Virus record (IMG/VR): IMGVR_UViG_3300032373_000013
Coordinates: 1 to 53,778 of that record
Direction: 5' to 3' (one strand)
DNA length: 53,778 bases
Source of the DNA: a virus
Taxonomy: Duplodnaviria; Caudoviricetes
This document shows positions 19,728-29,630 of this stretch, in pieces (the stretch's first letter is position 1; each line of letters begins with the position of its first letter). Position numbers and translations under genes: made by a program. The notes under the pieces were generated by a model. The model was given only the letters and a program-made list of their open reading frames with translations. It was not told the origin of the DNA and did no database searches.

Positions 19728-21008
19728 ATGAACGGAGCGATGGATGTCTTTGCGCGGGTGGCGAGCCGATTCTCGGACGCCGCTCAGGGCAAAGCGTACC
19801 CCCGAGGGGCGGTTATCCCCCTCAACTTGGCAAGACCGAAGACCCTCAACGGTCTGGCCATGTTCTTGCAATCAGGCAATCAACAGGAGCGCCTGACTGC
19901 GTCCGACACAATCAGCACGCCGTACAACTACGAGATCACGGACGCAGCGTTCGGTCCGAAGGTTCCGGCGGCGCCACACCGGACGAGTGAGGGCGGTCGG
20001 ATCGCCTTCATGGAGAGCAAGCTCACCGAGTACGAGTGGGCGAAACAGATCTCGTGGCACGAGATCAACCTCCAGTCAGACAGCATCCTGAGCCCCGAAA
20101 ACAGTCAGAAGCTGTACTCGGTGCTTCGGAAGACGGAGGAGGACTTTGTCCTTAAACCGCTCCTTGACCTTGAACGTGACCTCTTCGCCGCTCCGTCGGC
20201 AGAGATGTTCTCGGGCAACGCTCAGGGCCAGTACCCGCTGAAGTCCATCTTCACGGGCATGAATATCTGGGACACGACTCACGGCGTCGCCGCTGAGGGC
20301 TTGTTCCCCGGCATGACAGATCAGCAGGGCCTTGATCCCTCAGACACGCGGTTCGCGCGACAGGACATCTACAGCGGGTCGCAGCTTGCGCCCACGAAGG
20401 TCACGTACACGCAGGGCGCGAACAACGCCACGACGGACGGCCACATCCTCGACCGGATGGACTTCTTGCTCGACACGATCGGGTGGGAGAACGTCCCGCT
20501 CGCGGGCGAGTTCGGCGCGGAACGCATGGTGTCACCGAAGGTGGGTCTGTGCTCACCGGAGGCGCTCCAGTACTTCAAGCGAACCAACCGCGCGCATGGC
20601 GAACTCTTCGCCACCATCGCGCCGATTGGGAACGCGAAGCAGACCGATGCCGCGTACGGCGACATCGCGCTGATGTCGTGCCACAGCCTCCGTAATGCAG
20701 CGGTGTACCCGGACATCACGACCGGCGGCAACGCTCTTGGCGCGGTGGACGAAACGCCCGTGACGGAGTTCGACCCGAACGGCAACCCGGGCCCTGTCTT
20801 CTACTTCATGGATCCCGAAACGGTGAACCTCTGGTTCCATCGCGACCGCGCGTGGGAGCAAGGCCCTTGGAAGTCCATGGAGCCGGTCAACGAAGACATT
20901 CGCCGTCGCCTCGGTAAGTCGATCATGCAACTCCACTTCGAGAGTTTCATGACCAACGGAATCCTTCACCCGTCCGCCACGATCACGGGCTACTCGGAGC
21001 TGGTCTGA
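19728..21008 (+). CDS. Major capsid protein
   Basis: 426 aa after the scaffold; AAGGA RBS; position and composition fit an HK97-fold MCP. Confidence 0.8.
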   Translation: MNGAMDVFARVASRFSDAAQGKAYPRGAVIPLNLARPKTLNGLAMFLQSGNQQERLTASDTISTPYNYEITDAAFGPKVPAAPHRTSEGGRIAFMESKLTEYEWAKQISWHEINLQSDSILSPENSQKLYSVLRKTEEDFVLKPLLDLERDLFAAPSAEMFSGNAQGQYPLKSIFTGMNIWDTTHGVAAEGLFPGMTDQQGLDPSDTRFARQDIYSGSQLAPTKVTYTQGANNATTDGHILDRMDFLLDTIGWENVPLAGEFGAERMVSPKVGLCSPEALQYFKRTNRAHGELFATIAPIGNAKQTDAAYGDIALMSCHSLRNAAVYPDITTGGNALGAVDETPVTEFDPNGNPGPVFYFMDPETVNLWFHRDRAWEQGPWKSMEPVNEDIRRRLGKSIMQLHFESFMTNGILHPSATITGYSELV

Positions 21009-21535
21009 TGCTAGAGAGCAATTACGACTTCAACATCCCTAGCGGCGCACCCGTCGTCCAGTCTTCGGCTGGCCGGAAAGTGAAGCTACTCGGAAGCACC
21101 GATGCCCCCAAGGGTTCGGTGGTCATTGCAGGGTTCGACGACTCGGACGACCTTCTCGACGCGGGCATTGCTATCGGTGTGAACAGCCCCGTGACGCGTT
21201 GCCAGATTCCGATCGCGGGGGACGCCACTGTCTACGGTGACTACGGCATCTTCGGCATCGTGAAGTCCGACCCGCACATCGCGGGCGAAGAGGGCTTCAT
21301 TGCGGTCGGTAACGAGCTGGTCGAGGCGAACGTGCAGGTAGCGGCCAGCACTACGCTGGACGCGTGGACGCCGCTCATGGTGGACTTCGCCGACGCCAAC
21401 CTCGAGCTGGCGGACGGCACTACGAAGTGCATCGCGGTACTGGCGACGAAGGTCGTCAACTCAACGGGCTCGCCTGTCGTGGCGTCTGCGCTCGTGTACG
21501 TGTCCGGGACCTACGGGTTCGGCTCCGCCTCGTGA
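21008..21535 (+). CDS. Capsid decoration/cement protein
   Basis: Small G/A/V-rich beta protein coupled (TGATG) to the MCP. Confidence 0.6.
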   Translation: MLESNYDFNIPSGAPVVQSSAGRKVKLLGSTDAPKGSVVIAGFDDSDDLLDAGIAIGVNSPVTRCQIPIAGDATVYGDYGIFGIVKSDPHIAGEEGFIAVGNELVEANVQVAASTTLDAWTPLMVDFADANLELADGTTKCIAVLATKVVNSTGSPVVASALVYVSGTYGFGSAS

Positions 21536-22278
21536 AGCTGACCCTCGCTTCCCTGAAGGAAACCGTTCAGGAGGAACTCGGCCGTGGTCCCGCGCGGTCC
21601 ACTTCCGAGGCCCTCGTGAACGAGGCGGGGGAGGCGTGGGTCAACGCACACGAGTGGAGGTATCTGCGGGATCGTTCGCAGGACCTCAACATCGAAGTCG
21701 GGGTCGAGTCGTACAGGCTCGGCCTCGGCGTGCGCAGCGTAGAGGCGGTCTACCGCCCAGACAGTCACTACTGCGAGGTTCCGATTATCGACTTCGCTGC
21801 GTTCGAGGGAGAACGTCAGCAGTTCCTCGCACGCTCGCAGTACCTCCAGGACCCCATTGGGACGGTGCGCTGGGATACGAAGGAGGGCGACGAACGTCCG
21901 CGGCTGTACCTCGAACTTTTCCCGATTGAGTTTGCGGAGCGATTCGTCATCCGCTTCCACGCAGGCTGGCTACCGCTCGACGAAATGGAGGACGTGGCGG
22001 ACATCCCCGGGCCACTCTCCACGGCGTTTCTGCATTGGCTTCGCATGTATGCGAACCATCGCGAGTTCCCCGACCAGTACGGCCTTGGGGCGCTGGATAC
22101 GCTCATGCGCTCCAACGTGTTCCGCAAGGCTATGTCGATCGACGGCGAAGCTGCGGGCCGCATTATCCCCGCTCCGGGCGGCGCGGGCGCTTACTACAAC
22201 CGTCACCGTGCCAGTCAACGCTTCGGCTCTACGGTCTGGACGCCCGACACCATTCGGCGGGAGCTTGACGCTCTGTGA
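21532..22278 (+). CDS. Head-tail adaptor (podovirus-type)
   Basis: GTG 21532; LVNEAGEAWVNAHEWRYL...LELFP motifs and position. Confidence 0.7.
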   Translation: MKLTLASLKETVQEELGRGPARSTSEALVNEAGEAWVNAHEWRYLRDRSQDLNIEVGVESYRLGLGVRSVEAVYRPDSHYCEVPIIDFAAFEGERQQFLARSQYLQDPIGTVRWDTKEGDERPRLYLELFPIEFAERFVIRFHAGWLPLDEMEDVADIPGPLSTAFLHWLRMYANHREFPDQYGLGALDTLMRSNVFRKAMSIDGEAAGRIIPAPGGAGAYYNRHRASQRFGSTVWTPDTIRRELDAL

Positions 22279-25200
22279 ATGGTCGTCCGCTAGCACCTAT
22301 CACGGGCGGCCTCGTCGAAAGCCGGGCGCCGGGGGATCAACCGGTCGGCACCGCTCGGGAGTCGCGCAACGTGCGCGCGATCGACCCTCGCACCGGACGC
22401 CTAGTTTGGGCGGCTCAACGCGCAGGGCTGACGAGTATGGGGGAGCCGCTGACGTCGTACGCGCGTCGGTTCTTCGCGGCGTCAAAGCTCGTGCCAGCGC
22501 GCGAACTCATTTCCCTGGCGATCGAAGCGACAGAGAACACGCAGCCCGCACAGGTCCAGATTGATTGGACGACGGACCTAGACGACTTCGCGCTCGACGT
22601 CTCGACCGGCATCGACCGCCAGGGGTACTACCTACTGCGCAACGGGGCAGTGGCGATCGTGAACCGCAAGGGTCGCGAGGTGGACCGCATCCCGTCGGAA
22701 GCACCCATCGACTTCACTGTCGTTCCACGTGTTTACGCTGGCGAGGATGGCGCGGTCTACACGGCGCACACTCGGGACGAGCCGTTGACGGATGACGAGT
22801 CCGGCGAGAAGGGTGCAGGTCGCATCGTTCGCTGGATCAAGAAGGAGGAGGGGCAGTGGGAGAAGGCGTGGACCGCGGTGATTCCCGAGCGGATCTCCAC
22901 GTTCACGTTCAGGCTGCAATTCCTCTGGTGGGCAGAAGACCCCCGGAGGATTGATGAGGAGCTTGGGCGACTCCCTGCGGCCGTTGGGCGCCTTTCGAAC
23001 CCTCTGCTCTCTGGTGCGATCGGGACGCGCCAGGACATCGCGCCGCGACCGATCTTCGACATCGCGATCAGCGACAACGGCGCCGCATTCATCTCTGCGC
23101 CGGAGAACCCCGATCGTGGCACTAGGGACGGGATCGCGTTTACGCAGCGCAGCGTGGGTTTCACGCCGCCAGAGCTTGAGTCATGGGAGTTCAACGGCCT
23201 CTTTTGGGTTGATGCCACGTCGCTAGGCGAGGAGGGCGACACGCCGATCGACGGCGATGCGATCACGCTCCTGCGCGACAAGCGCAAGGACCCGACGGAC
23301 TTCCCGGCCGTCGATGAAGACGAGCCTGATCGAACGATCATGGCACGCGACGCGGAGGGTCTCTTCACGTCCCCGTCCTTTGACCAGTCGGCCTTCGGCG
23401 GCTTCGGCGGAATCGCGTTTTCTGAGTTCGCGATGATGCACTCGGGGCCGAATGAGGATGTAGACGACACGACGAAACAACTGGCGGTCTTCCCCGGATC
23501 GTCGGATGCGTGGATGGTCATGTTCGCGATCCAGTTGACCGAGGACCAGATCGCCGCCACGGGTGAGGTGCGGCAGATCATGTCCCAGGTCAACTACGAC
23601 ACGGCCGAGGGGTCGTGGCAGTTGCGAGTGGATGGGAACGAACTGACGTTCATCGACCTCAACACATCGCTAGCGACGGTCGGCCCTGCCCCGATCGACT
23701 CCGTGAGTGGCGCAGCGGTTGTGGCGATCGAGCATCAGGGCGCGGGGAACGTGCTCTCGATGTATGTCAACGGGGAGCGGTTCCTGGGCACGACGCCTAG
23801 CACGAACCCGAACTCTGGTGGCGAGCACAGCCTGGACCCGCTGTCTAGCGGGATCGAGCCGGGTCCACGCACGACGATTGGCGGCGGGATCTACAACACG
23901 ATCAACCTCCTCTTAGACGGGGACGTTGACATCTTCGGTTTCGCGGAGAGTCGTGTACGCGACCAGGACGAGAACACGAAGACGAAGAATCGGCGGAGTC
24001 GCGTCACCGTCAACTGCGACTTTGGGGCCAGCTTCGTGCCGTCTATCGATGCGCTGTACCTCAACTTTCGCGTGGGGACGGCAGATGACATCGACATCAC
24101 GCTCCGGATGTCGAGCAACATCATCGGCGACGGGTTCCCTGATCCGGAGGTGCGCCGGGGGTACAGGCTCGAGCTCACAGAGGATCGAAAGTACAAAGTC
24201 GATCTCGCGGTCAATGAGGACGGGTCGCCCGAAGCGTACCGATACCTCCAGATCGAGATGGACGCGGATCGAGCGCGCGAGAACACGCAGTGGACGCTAC
24301 GCACGATTCACGCGCGCTTCTACGCGGCGTCCTTTGAGAGCGCCGAGTTCTTCCTCAGCGAGATCATCTCACGGCAGCACACGCCGATCGGAGACATCGG
24401 GAACCGCCAGACGTTCGAGGGGTACCTAGCCCACAAGGTCGGGATTGCGCACGAGCTGAAGAACGAGAGCGGCGACTTGCTCCTACCCGAGAATGGCGGA
24501 CACCCGTTCAACGGTCCCGGCAACTTCCCAGGCGCGATCGGGGACCCCTCTATTGACGGCGCTGTACTGGGCAAGATCCGGTCGCCCGACCCGCTGATCG
24601 TCAAGTACAACGCGGACGGCAGTCCAGTTGCCGCATACTCCGGTGCAGGCGTTGGGCTTGGCGCCGCTGTGGACGGGCGGAAGGTCTACACGTACGGCGA
24701 TCCGACGAACGATCTGGATCCACTGACGACCGGGACGATTATCAATCGTCTGCGCGACAAGGGGAGGATCGTAGAGCGGGAAGCGGGCATTCCCGCTGGC
24801 AGTGACATCCCATTCGAGCGCCCCACGCCGCTGCACGTTGGTCCCGGTTCGAGCCTGTTCGTCAACTACTCCCCGACGACGGGGCTCGTAGCGCAGAACC
24901 AGGTGCGGCGTTACGACGGTATCGACATGTCTCTCGTGTGGAGTCTGAATGCAGCCCCGAGGATGGTTGCGATCGACGTAGCGGGAAGGCAACTCGACGC
25001 GCGTGAGATCGGCGGCGACTTCGGGCCGGAGTTCCTGTACGCAGCACGGGACAACATCGTCTCGGCGCAGCGCGTGGATGTACTTGGTCTGCGCGATAAC
25101 GGCGTGGAGGAGACGCGGGACGTAGCGACGCTCGCGGTGTGCAGGAACGGCGACGTTGCGCGTCTAGATGGAGAGGCGTGGACGATCCTGGAGGCTGGGG

Positions 25201-26381
25201 CTCTGCCGGGCCCCATGGTCGGCACAGCGACGCTTAGCGGACGCACGATCATCGCGGACGGGGTTGGTTACCGCGTCTACGACCACAACCTTCAGACGCT
25301 TCGCGACTTCGAGGAGTCGGCACGTGGCGACTTCCCGCCGCGGTGCAAGCTCGTGGCGGCGTACCGTGGGCGACTGGTCCTCGCGCGAGGGGATGAGGCG
25401 TTCACGGTCTACCAGTCCGCCGTGGGTGACGCGTTCAACTTCGACTTCGGACCAGAGGTTCTCTCGATCGCTCAGGCGATTGCGGGGACCACGGCGAGCA
25501 ATGGACAGTCCCCCGAGCCGATCACTGCGCTCATTCCGTTCCGAGACGACCTTCTGTTCATCGGAACGACGGAGAGCCTGTTCGTTATCACGGGCGACCT
25601 TGCCGACGGTGGGCGACTTGATCAGATCGACAAGTCCCAAGGCGTTGCGTTCGGCTATGCCTGGTGCGAGACGCCGCAGGGGATCTACTACTTCACCTCA
25701 CGCGGCGGCGTGATGTACCTCGCGCCGAACGGCGGCTTGCGGTTGGTCTCCGATCCGAGCGTTCAGCGGCGCATGGAGGAAGTGGACCTCAACCGCGCGC
25801 GCGTCGAGTTGGCCTACAACTGGATTGACAAGGCGGTCCACATCTACGTGATCCCCTTCGATCTCGGCGGCGACGTCGAACACTTCGTCTATGAAGAGCG
25901 AACGGGTTCGTGGCAGATCGACACGTACGGCAACGGCTTTGGTAGCGCGATCACGACGGCGGCGTCGCTTGTTGGCGACACACCGGAGGAACGCACGGTA
26001 GTCCTTGGCACGGGCGACGGGCGAGCGTTGCGGTGGGATCAGTACGCCGTCGATGACGACGGGCAACCTGTTGCTAGCTACGTGTCGATTGGGCCGGTGG
26101 TTCCCGAGAACGAAGGCGCCGAAGTGAATATCGCGGGCATCTACGGAGTGCTCGCGACGGATCAAGAGGGCGTCGAAGTCGGAGTGCGTGGCTCGAATAC
26201 GCCGGACGCCCCGGGTCCCCCTGGACAGTTCTCCGACCTTGGTCCTGGGCGCACGCTCGGTGTGCAGTGCAACGTCACCGCGCCCTCGGTGTTCATCGAC
26301 GTTCGCGGCAAGGGCCGAGCGTGGTCGGCTCACCAGATGCGGGCAGACGTCCGGATGCGCGGGAGGGCGCGACGGGTATGA
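22275..26381 (+). CDS. Tail nozzle/stabilisation beta-propeller protein (P22 gp10/T7 gp12-like) with large insertions
   Basis: YRGRLVLA...YQSAVGD..FDF...PITALIPFRDDLLFIGT propeller motifs; LamG-like segment (AVVAIEH...SMYVNG); 1368 aa. Confidence 0.75.
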   Translation: MNGRPLAPITGGLVESRAPGDQPVGTARESRNVRAIDPRTGRLVWAAQRAGLTSMGEPLTSYARRFFAASKLVPARELISLAIEATENTQPAQVQIDWTTDLDDFALDVSTGIDRQGYYLLRNGAVAIVNRKGREVDRIPSEAPIDFTVVPRVYAGEDGAVYTAHTRDEPLTDDESGEKGAGRIVRWIKKEEGQWEKAWTAVIPERISTFTFRLQFLWWAEDPRRIDEELGRLPAAVGRLSNPLLSGAIGTRQDIAPRPIFDIAISDNGAAFISAPENPDRGTRDGIAFTQRSVGFTPPELESWEFNGLFWVDATSLGEEGDTPIDGDAITLLRDKRKDPTDFPAVDEDEPDRTIMARDAEGLFTSPSFDQSAFGGFGGIAFSEFAMMHSGPNEDVDDTTKQLAVFPGSSDAWMVMFAIQLTEDQIAATGEVRQIMSQVNYDTAEGSWQLRVDGNELTFIDLNTSLATVGPAPIDSVSGAAVVAIEHQGAGNVLSMYVNGERFLGTTPSTNPNSGGEHSLDPLSSGIEPGPRTTIGGGIYNTINLLLDGDVDIFGFAESRVRDQDENTKTKNRRSRVTVNCDFGASFVPSIDALYLNFRVGTADDIDITLRMSSNIIGDGFPDPEVRRGYRLELTEDRKYKVDLAVNEDGSPEAYRYLQIEMDADRARENTQWTLRTIHARFYAASFESAEFFLSEIISRQHTPIGDIGNRQTFEGYLAHKVGIAHELKNESGDLLLPENGGHPFNGPGNFPGAIGDPSIDGAVLGKIRSPDPLIVKYNADGSPVAAYSGAGVGLGAAVDGRKVYTYGDPTNDLDPLTTGTIINRLRDKGRIVEREAGIPAGSDIPFERPTPLHVGPGSSLFVNYSPTTGLVAQNQVRRYDGIDMSLVWSLNAAPRMVAIDVAGRQLDAREIGGDFGPEFLYAARDNIVSAQRVDVLGLRDNGVEETRDVATLAVCRNGDVARLDGEAWTILEAGALPGPMVGTATLSGRTIIADGVGYRVYDHNLQTLRDFEESARGDFPPRCKLVAAYRGRLVLARGDEAFTVYQSAVGDAFNFDFGPEVLSIAQAIAGTTASNGQSPEPITALIPFRDDLLFIGTTESLFVITGDLADGGRLDQIDKSQGVAFGYAWCETPQGIYYFTSRGGVMYLAPNGGLRLVSDPSVQRRMEEVDLNRARVELAYNWIDKAVHIYVIPFDLGGDVEHFVYEERTGSWQIDTYGNGFGSAITTAASLVGDTPEERTVVLGTGDGRALRWDQYAVDDDGQPVASYVSIGPVVPENEGAEVNIAGIYGVLATDQEGVEVGVRGSNTPDAPGPPGQFSDLGPGRTLGVQCNVTAPSVFIDVRGKGRAWSAHQMRADVRMRGRARRV

Positions 26382-26608
26382 AGACGCCGCAGCGAGCAGG
26401 TGGAGGCGTCGCCTCGAAGCGCAAGGGGCAACGTGCCGTCGATCAGACACGCGAGCTGGCGATGGAGACAGATCGCCGCCAGGAGAGCTACGCGACGTTC
26501 ACGGACGACCGAATTGCAAAGCTCGAGCGCACGGTGAAGGCCCTCACGTCTCGCGTCGCCGACCTTGAGGCGATCGACTTCAACGGTGTTGATGGAGGCG
26601 GGGGATGA
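26378..26608 (+). CDS. Small coiled-coil virion protein
   Basis: ATGA overlaps at both ends; RIAKLE...RVADLE. Confidence 0.65.
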   Translation: MKTPQRAGGGVASKRKGQRAVDQTRELAMETDRRQESYATFTDDRIAKLERTVKALTSRVADLEAIDFNGVDGGGG

Positions 26609-27585
26609 CAATTCGACGAGGACCGGTCAGTGGACCCGTTCGACCCCGTCGCCGCACGACTTCGGAGTGGGCTTCTGGCTTCATCCTTGGACAGGGTGAG
26701 ATCGGGGCCGACACGGATACCGGCGAGGTCAAGCTGGGAGACGGCGAGAGCCTCTTCGCAGACTTGCCTGGTGGCGCAGAGGGACCGGAGGGGCCTGCCG
26801 GAGCAGATGGAGCAGATGGTGCAACCGGAGCACAGGGCCCACAGGGTGACACGGGGCCGATTGGAGCAACGGGGCCGCAAGGTCCGGCGGGCAACGACGG
26901 CGCAACCGGCGACACGGGTCCTACTGGAGCAACCGGCCCTCAAGGGGATGCAGGGGCGACAGGGGCCACTGGTCCCCAAGGTGCCACTGGTCCGGCGGGT
27001 GCGGATGGCGCCGACGGAGCTACCGGTGCAACAGGGGCGACCGGAGCAACGGGAGCGACCGGCCCACAGGGACCCGCGGGTGACGATGGCGCAGACGGCG
27101 CCGATGGAGCGGACGGTTCGAGTCTTGGGCGTTTCATGGCGCGCAAGACGAACGGTGGATCATGGGCCGTTGATACCACTGGGGATGTCGATCCCACCAC
27201 AGTCGCCGTCTTCAACGTCGAAGATCGTGCGACGTCTGGATTCACCTACAGCACGTCCACGGGCATCCTCACGATCGGCGTCGATCTCGACGGCACCGAC
27301 GTCGTCTTCAACGTGCATCTCGGTTTTGACGATGGCGACAACCGGATCACGCCCGTCGTCGCTCTTCAGCAAGATACAGGCGGCGGATACACAACGATCG
27401 CAGAGGACGGGGGCTATGAGGCTCGCAGCTCTGCGCATCACCGCGGCCGCGCGTTCATCAATGGGTACATGGCCGTGAGTGTCAGCGACGGCGACACGTT
27501 CCGCGTCATTCAGGCGAGCCATCCCGACGGCACCACGCCGACATTTCAGGACGATGGCTGCTGGTGGTCGGCCGTCGCACACTAG
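26605..27585 (+). CDS. Collagen-like fibre with Mtd/hyaluronidase-type N-terminal domain
   Basis: [21 protein letters not shown]; about 39 Gly-X-Y triplets; beta-rich tip. Confidence 0.85.
   Translation: MTIRRGPVSGPVRPRRRTTSEWASGFILGQGEIGADTDTGEVKLGDGESLFADLPGGAEGPEGPAGADGADGATGAQGPQGDTGPIGATGPQGPAGNDGATGDTGPTGATGPQGDAGATGATGPQGATGPAGADGADGATGATGATGATGATGPQGPAGDDGADGADGADGSSLGRFMARKTNGGSWAVDTTGDVDPTTVAVFNVEDRATSGFTYSTSTGILTIGVDLDGTDVVFNVHLGFDDGDNRITPVVALQQDTGGGYTTIAEDGGYEARSSAHHRGRAFINGYMAVSVSDGDTFRVIQASHPDGTTPTFQDDGCWWSAVAH
26773..27123 (+). repeat. Collagen Gly-X-Y coding repeat
   Basis: Continuous [12 protein letters not shown] triplets. Confidence 0.9.
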
Positions 27586-27596
27586 AGGTACATGAC

Positions 27597-28316
27597 ATGG
27601 TCTTCGTAACAGCGGCCCTCGGGCTCGTTTCCGCAGGCGCGGGACTCTACAGCTCGTTCCAGAACGACAAGAATCAGAAGGAGGCGTACGAGGCGAATCT
27701 GCGACAGCAGAACCGCGCGCGTAAGCAGCTCCGTGCGGGCCTTCGGGATAACGAGATCGCAAAGGCTGAGGCACTCGCGGAGCTAGACGCCGCGGATGAG
27801 ATCCTCGCTCAGATCGAACCTGATCTCCTGGAATCGCTCGACGAGCAATCGCGCATCCGGATTGCCGCGCGGATTCGGCAGGAGCAGGAACAGAACGAGA
27901 TGATGAACTCTCGCCTCATGGCGCAGGGACTCGACTCGTCCACGGTCAGCGGAACGGTGACGCGCGGCCAAAACTTCGGGCAAGCGCAGTCGATGTCGGA
28001 ACTCTCAGCGGGTTTCGCGGGGAGGCGAACGCAGGTGCAACTGCAAGCGCGGCAGCTCCAAGCGTCCGCTGTGCAGCGTCGCGCGGGTGTCATTCAGAAC
28101 TTCGCGGCCCAGCGAAGTGGGCTTCAGCAGAACTTCGCCGGGTTCGAGTCAGGGATTCAGTTTCAGCCCGCGTACGACGGTACGGCTGAGGCGGTCGGCA
28201 ACTTCGCAGGCGCGCTCGCGAACGCATATGCGGCCTTCGATAGCACGAGTGCGCCGCGAACGTACGGCGACGAGTACGGCTCCGCTGCTGGTGGCTGGGG
28301 GAGCCTTCGTATCTAA
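27597..28316 (+). CDS. Internal virion/ejection protein 1
   Basis: Hydrophobic G/A-rich N-terminus (AALGLVSAGAGLYSS); Q-rich coiled coil; GLDSST motif. Confidence 0.7.
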   Translation: MVFVTAALGLVSAGAGLYSSFQNDKNQKEAYEANLRQQNRARKQLRAGLRDNEIAKAEALAELDAADEILAQIEPDLLESLDEQSRIRIAARIRQEQEQNEMMNSRLMAQGLDSSTVSGTVTRGQNFGQAQSMSELSAGFAGRRTQVQLQARQLQASAVQRRAGVIQNFAAQRSGLQQNFAGFESGIQFQPAYDGTAEAVGNFAGALANAYAAFDSTSAPRTYGDEYGSAAGGWGSLRI

Positions 28317-28319
28317 GCC

Positions 28320-29630
28320 ATGCCGATCATCCAAATGCCCGGCGGGAACAACCCGCTCATTGGGGCCGGAGCCGCCGCCGCGGCGTTCGATGACCGGACA
28401 CGCGGGTTGCGTGAACGCAAGTTTCGCCAAGAGGAGCGTGCGCAGGTTGCGCAGCAGCGGCGAGCCCTCACGGAGATCGAGCTCGCGCACCGTGCGCAGC
28501 AGGAGTACGCGCGGCGTGCTCAGCAGGACCGCGAGTACGAGCTCGACGTCATGCGCGAGCAGGGGCGGGATCGACGCTTCTGGCAAGGCAAGGCGGTGGG
28601 CGCCGGTATCTCCCCAGAGATCAGCGGCGCAAACATCATCCAGATGGGGGCACGCCTCGAAGAACTCGACCCTGCGCGATATCAGGAGTTCCTCGCATGG
28701 GCGCGTGACGCGCACGGGATTGACTTCGGCGAAGGCGAGGGGCAAGTGATGCCCACACCGGAGCTAATGGAATCACTTCCAGGTGCCCCGGCGATGTTTG
28801 CGCGACTCACGCAAGCGCTCATTCCGCTCGAAGACGCGAACGATGAAGAACGTATCGGCGAGGCGTTCACCGGAGCGCTCGAGTCGGTGGGCTCCATGGA
28901 CCCCCAATGGCTCGAGACCCAAGAGGGACAGCGCTGGGCCCGCGACCTAGAGTCGTCACTTCTACGCGAGGATATGACGCCTGTCGAGGCGCAGCGTCGG
29001 CGGAACCTCGCAGAGAGCGACGCAATGCAGCGCGTCGGATTGAAGCGCGATCGCACACGGTACTCGCAGAAGATCGAGGACCTCGTCGCCGAGCACAAGC
29101 TAGGCGACCCCCTTGATGATGACGCGGCGAGCCAGCTTCGCCGTATCCGCGAGATCCAAGCTCGTATCTACAACAGTCGGACTCCGCGAGAGTCGTACAT
29201 CCGTGCGCTCGCGATTGCAGACCCCGACGTGAACCTAGCGTCGCGCATGGCGCACGAGGACGGAATGCGGCAGGGTCAGGCCGCGCGTGCGGTTCAGTCT
29301 GAGCAGGCAGCGCAAGCCGCGGCGCAACCTCTGCCCGAGGGCGAGCTGCCTGGAGCGACGCGTACTCCGTCGCGGGCGGACATAACCGGCGAACCAACTC
29401 GCATGACGATCGATCCGGAGCTAATGCCCGGAGCGGCTGCGGTCAACGGGGGCGGATCCGAGTCCAAGATCGGGCGCCTTCGCAAGGGCCTCCAGTCCGC
29501 CGGAATCGACATCAAGGACAAGCCTGCGGTTCGAGCGTATCTGGAGCGCGAGGCCCGTGCGGGAAACATGGAAGCCGCTGAAGCCCTTGGATGGCACGTG
29601 CACCAGGTAGGTGAAGATGGAGACGTTTGA
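28320..29630 (+). CDS. Internal virion/ejection protein 2
   Basis: Helical R/Q/E-rich; position. Confidence 0.65.
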   Translation: MPIIQMPGGNNPLIGAGAAAAAFDDRTRGLRERKFRQEERAQVAQQRRALTEIELAHRAQQEYARRAQQDREYELDVMREQGRDRRFWQGKAVGAGISPEISGANIIQMGARLEELDPARYQEFLAWARDAHGIDFGEGEGQVMPTPELMESLPGAPAMFARLTQALIPLEDANDEERIGEAFTGALESVGSMDPQWLETQEGQRWARDLESSLLREDMTPVEAQRRRNLAESDAMQRVGLKRDRTRYSQKIEDLVAEHKLGDPLDDDAASQLRRIREIQARIYNSRTPRESYIRALAIADPDVNLASRMAHEDGMRQGQAARAVQSEQAAQAAAQPLPEGELPGATRTPSRADITGEPTRMTIDPELMPGAAAVNGGGSESKIGRLRKGLQSAGIDIKDKPAVRAYLEREARAGNMEAAEALGWHVHQVGEDGDV

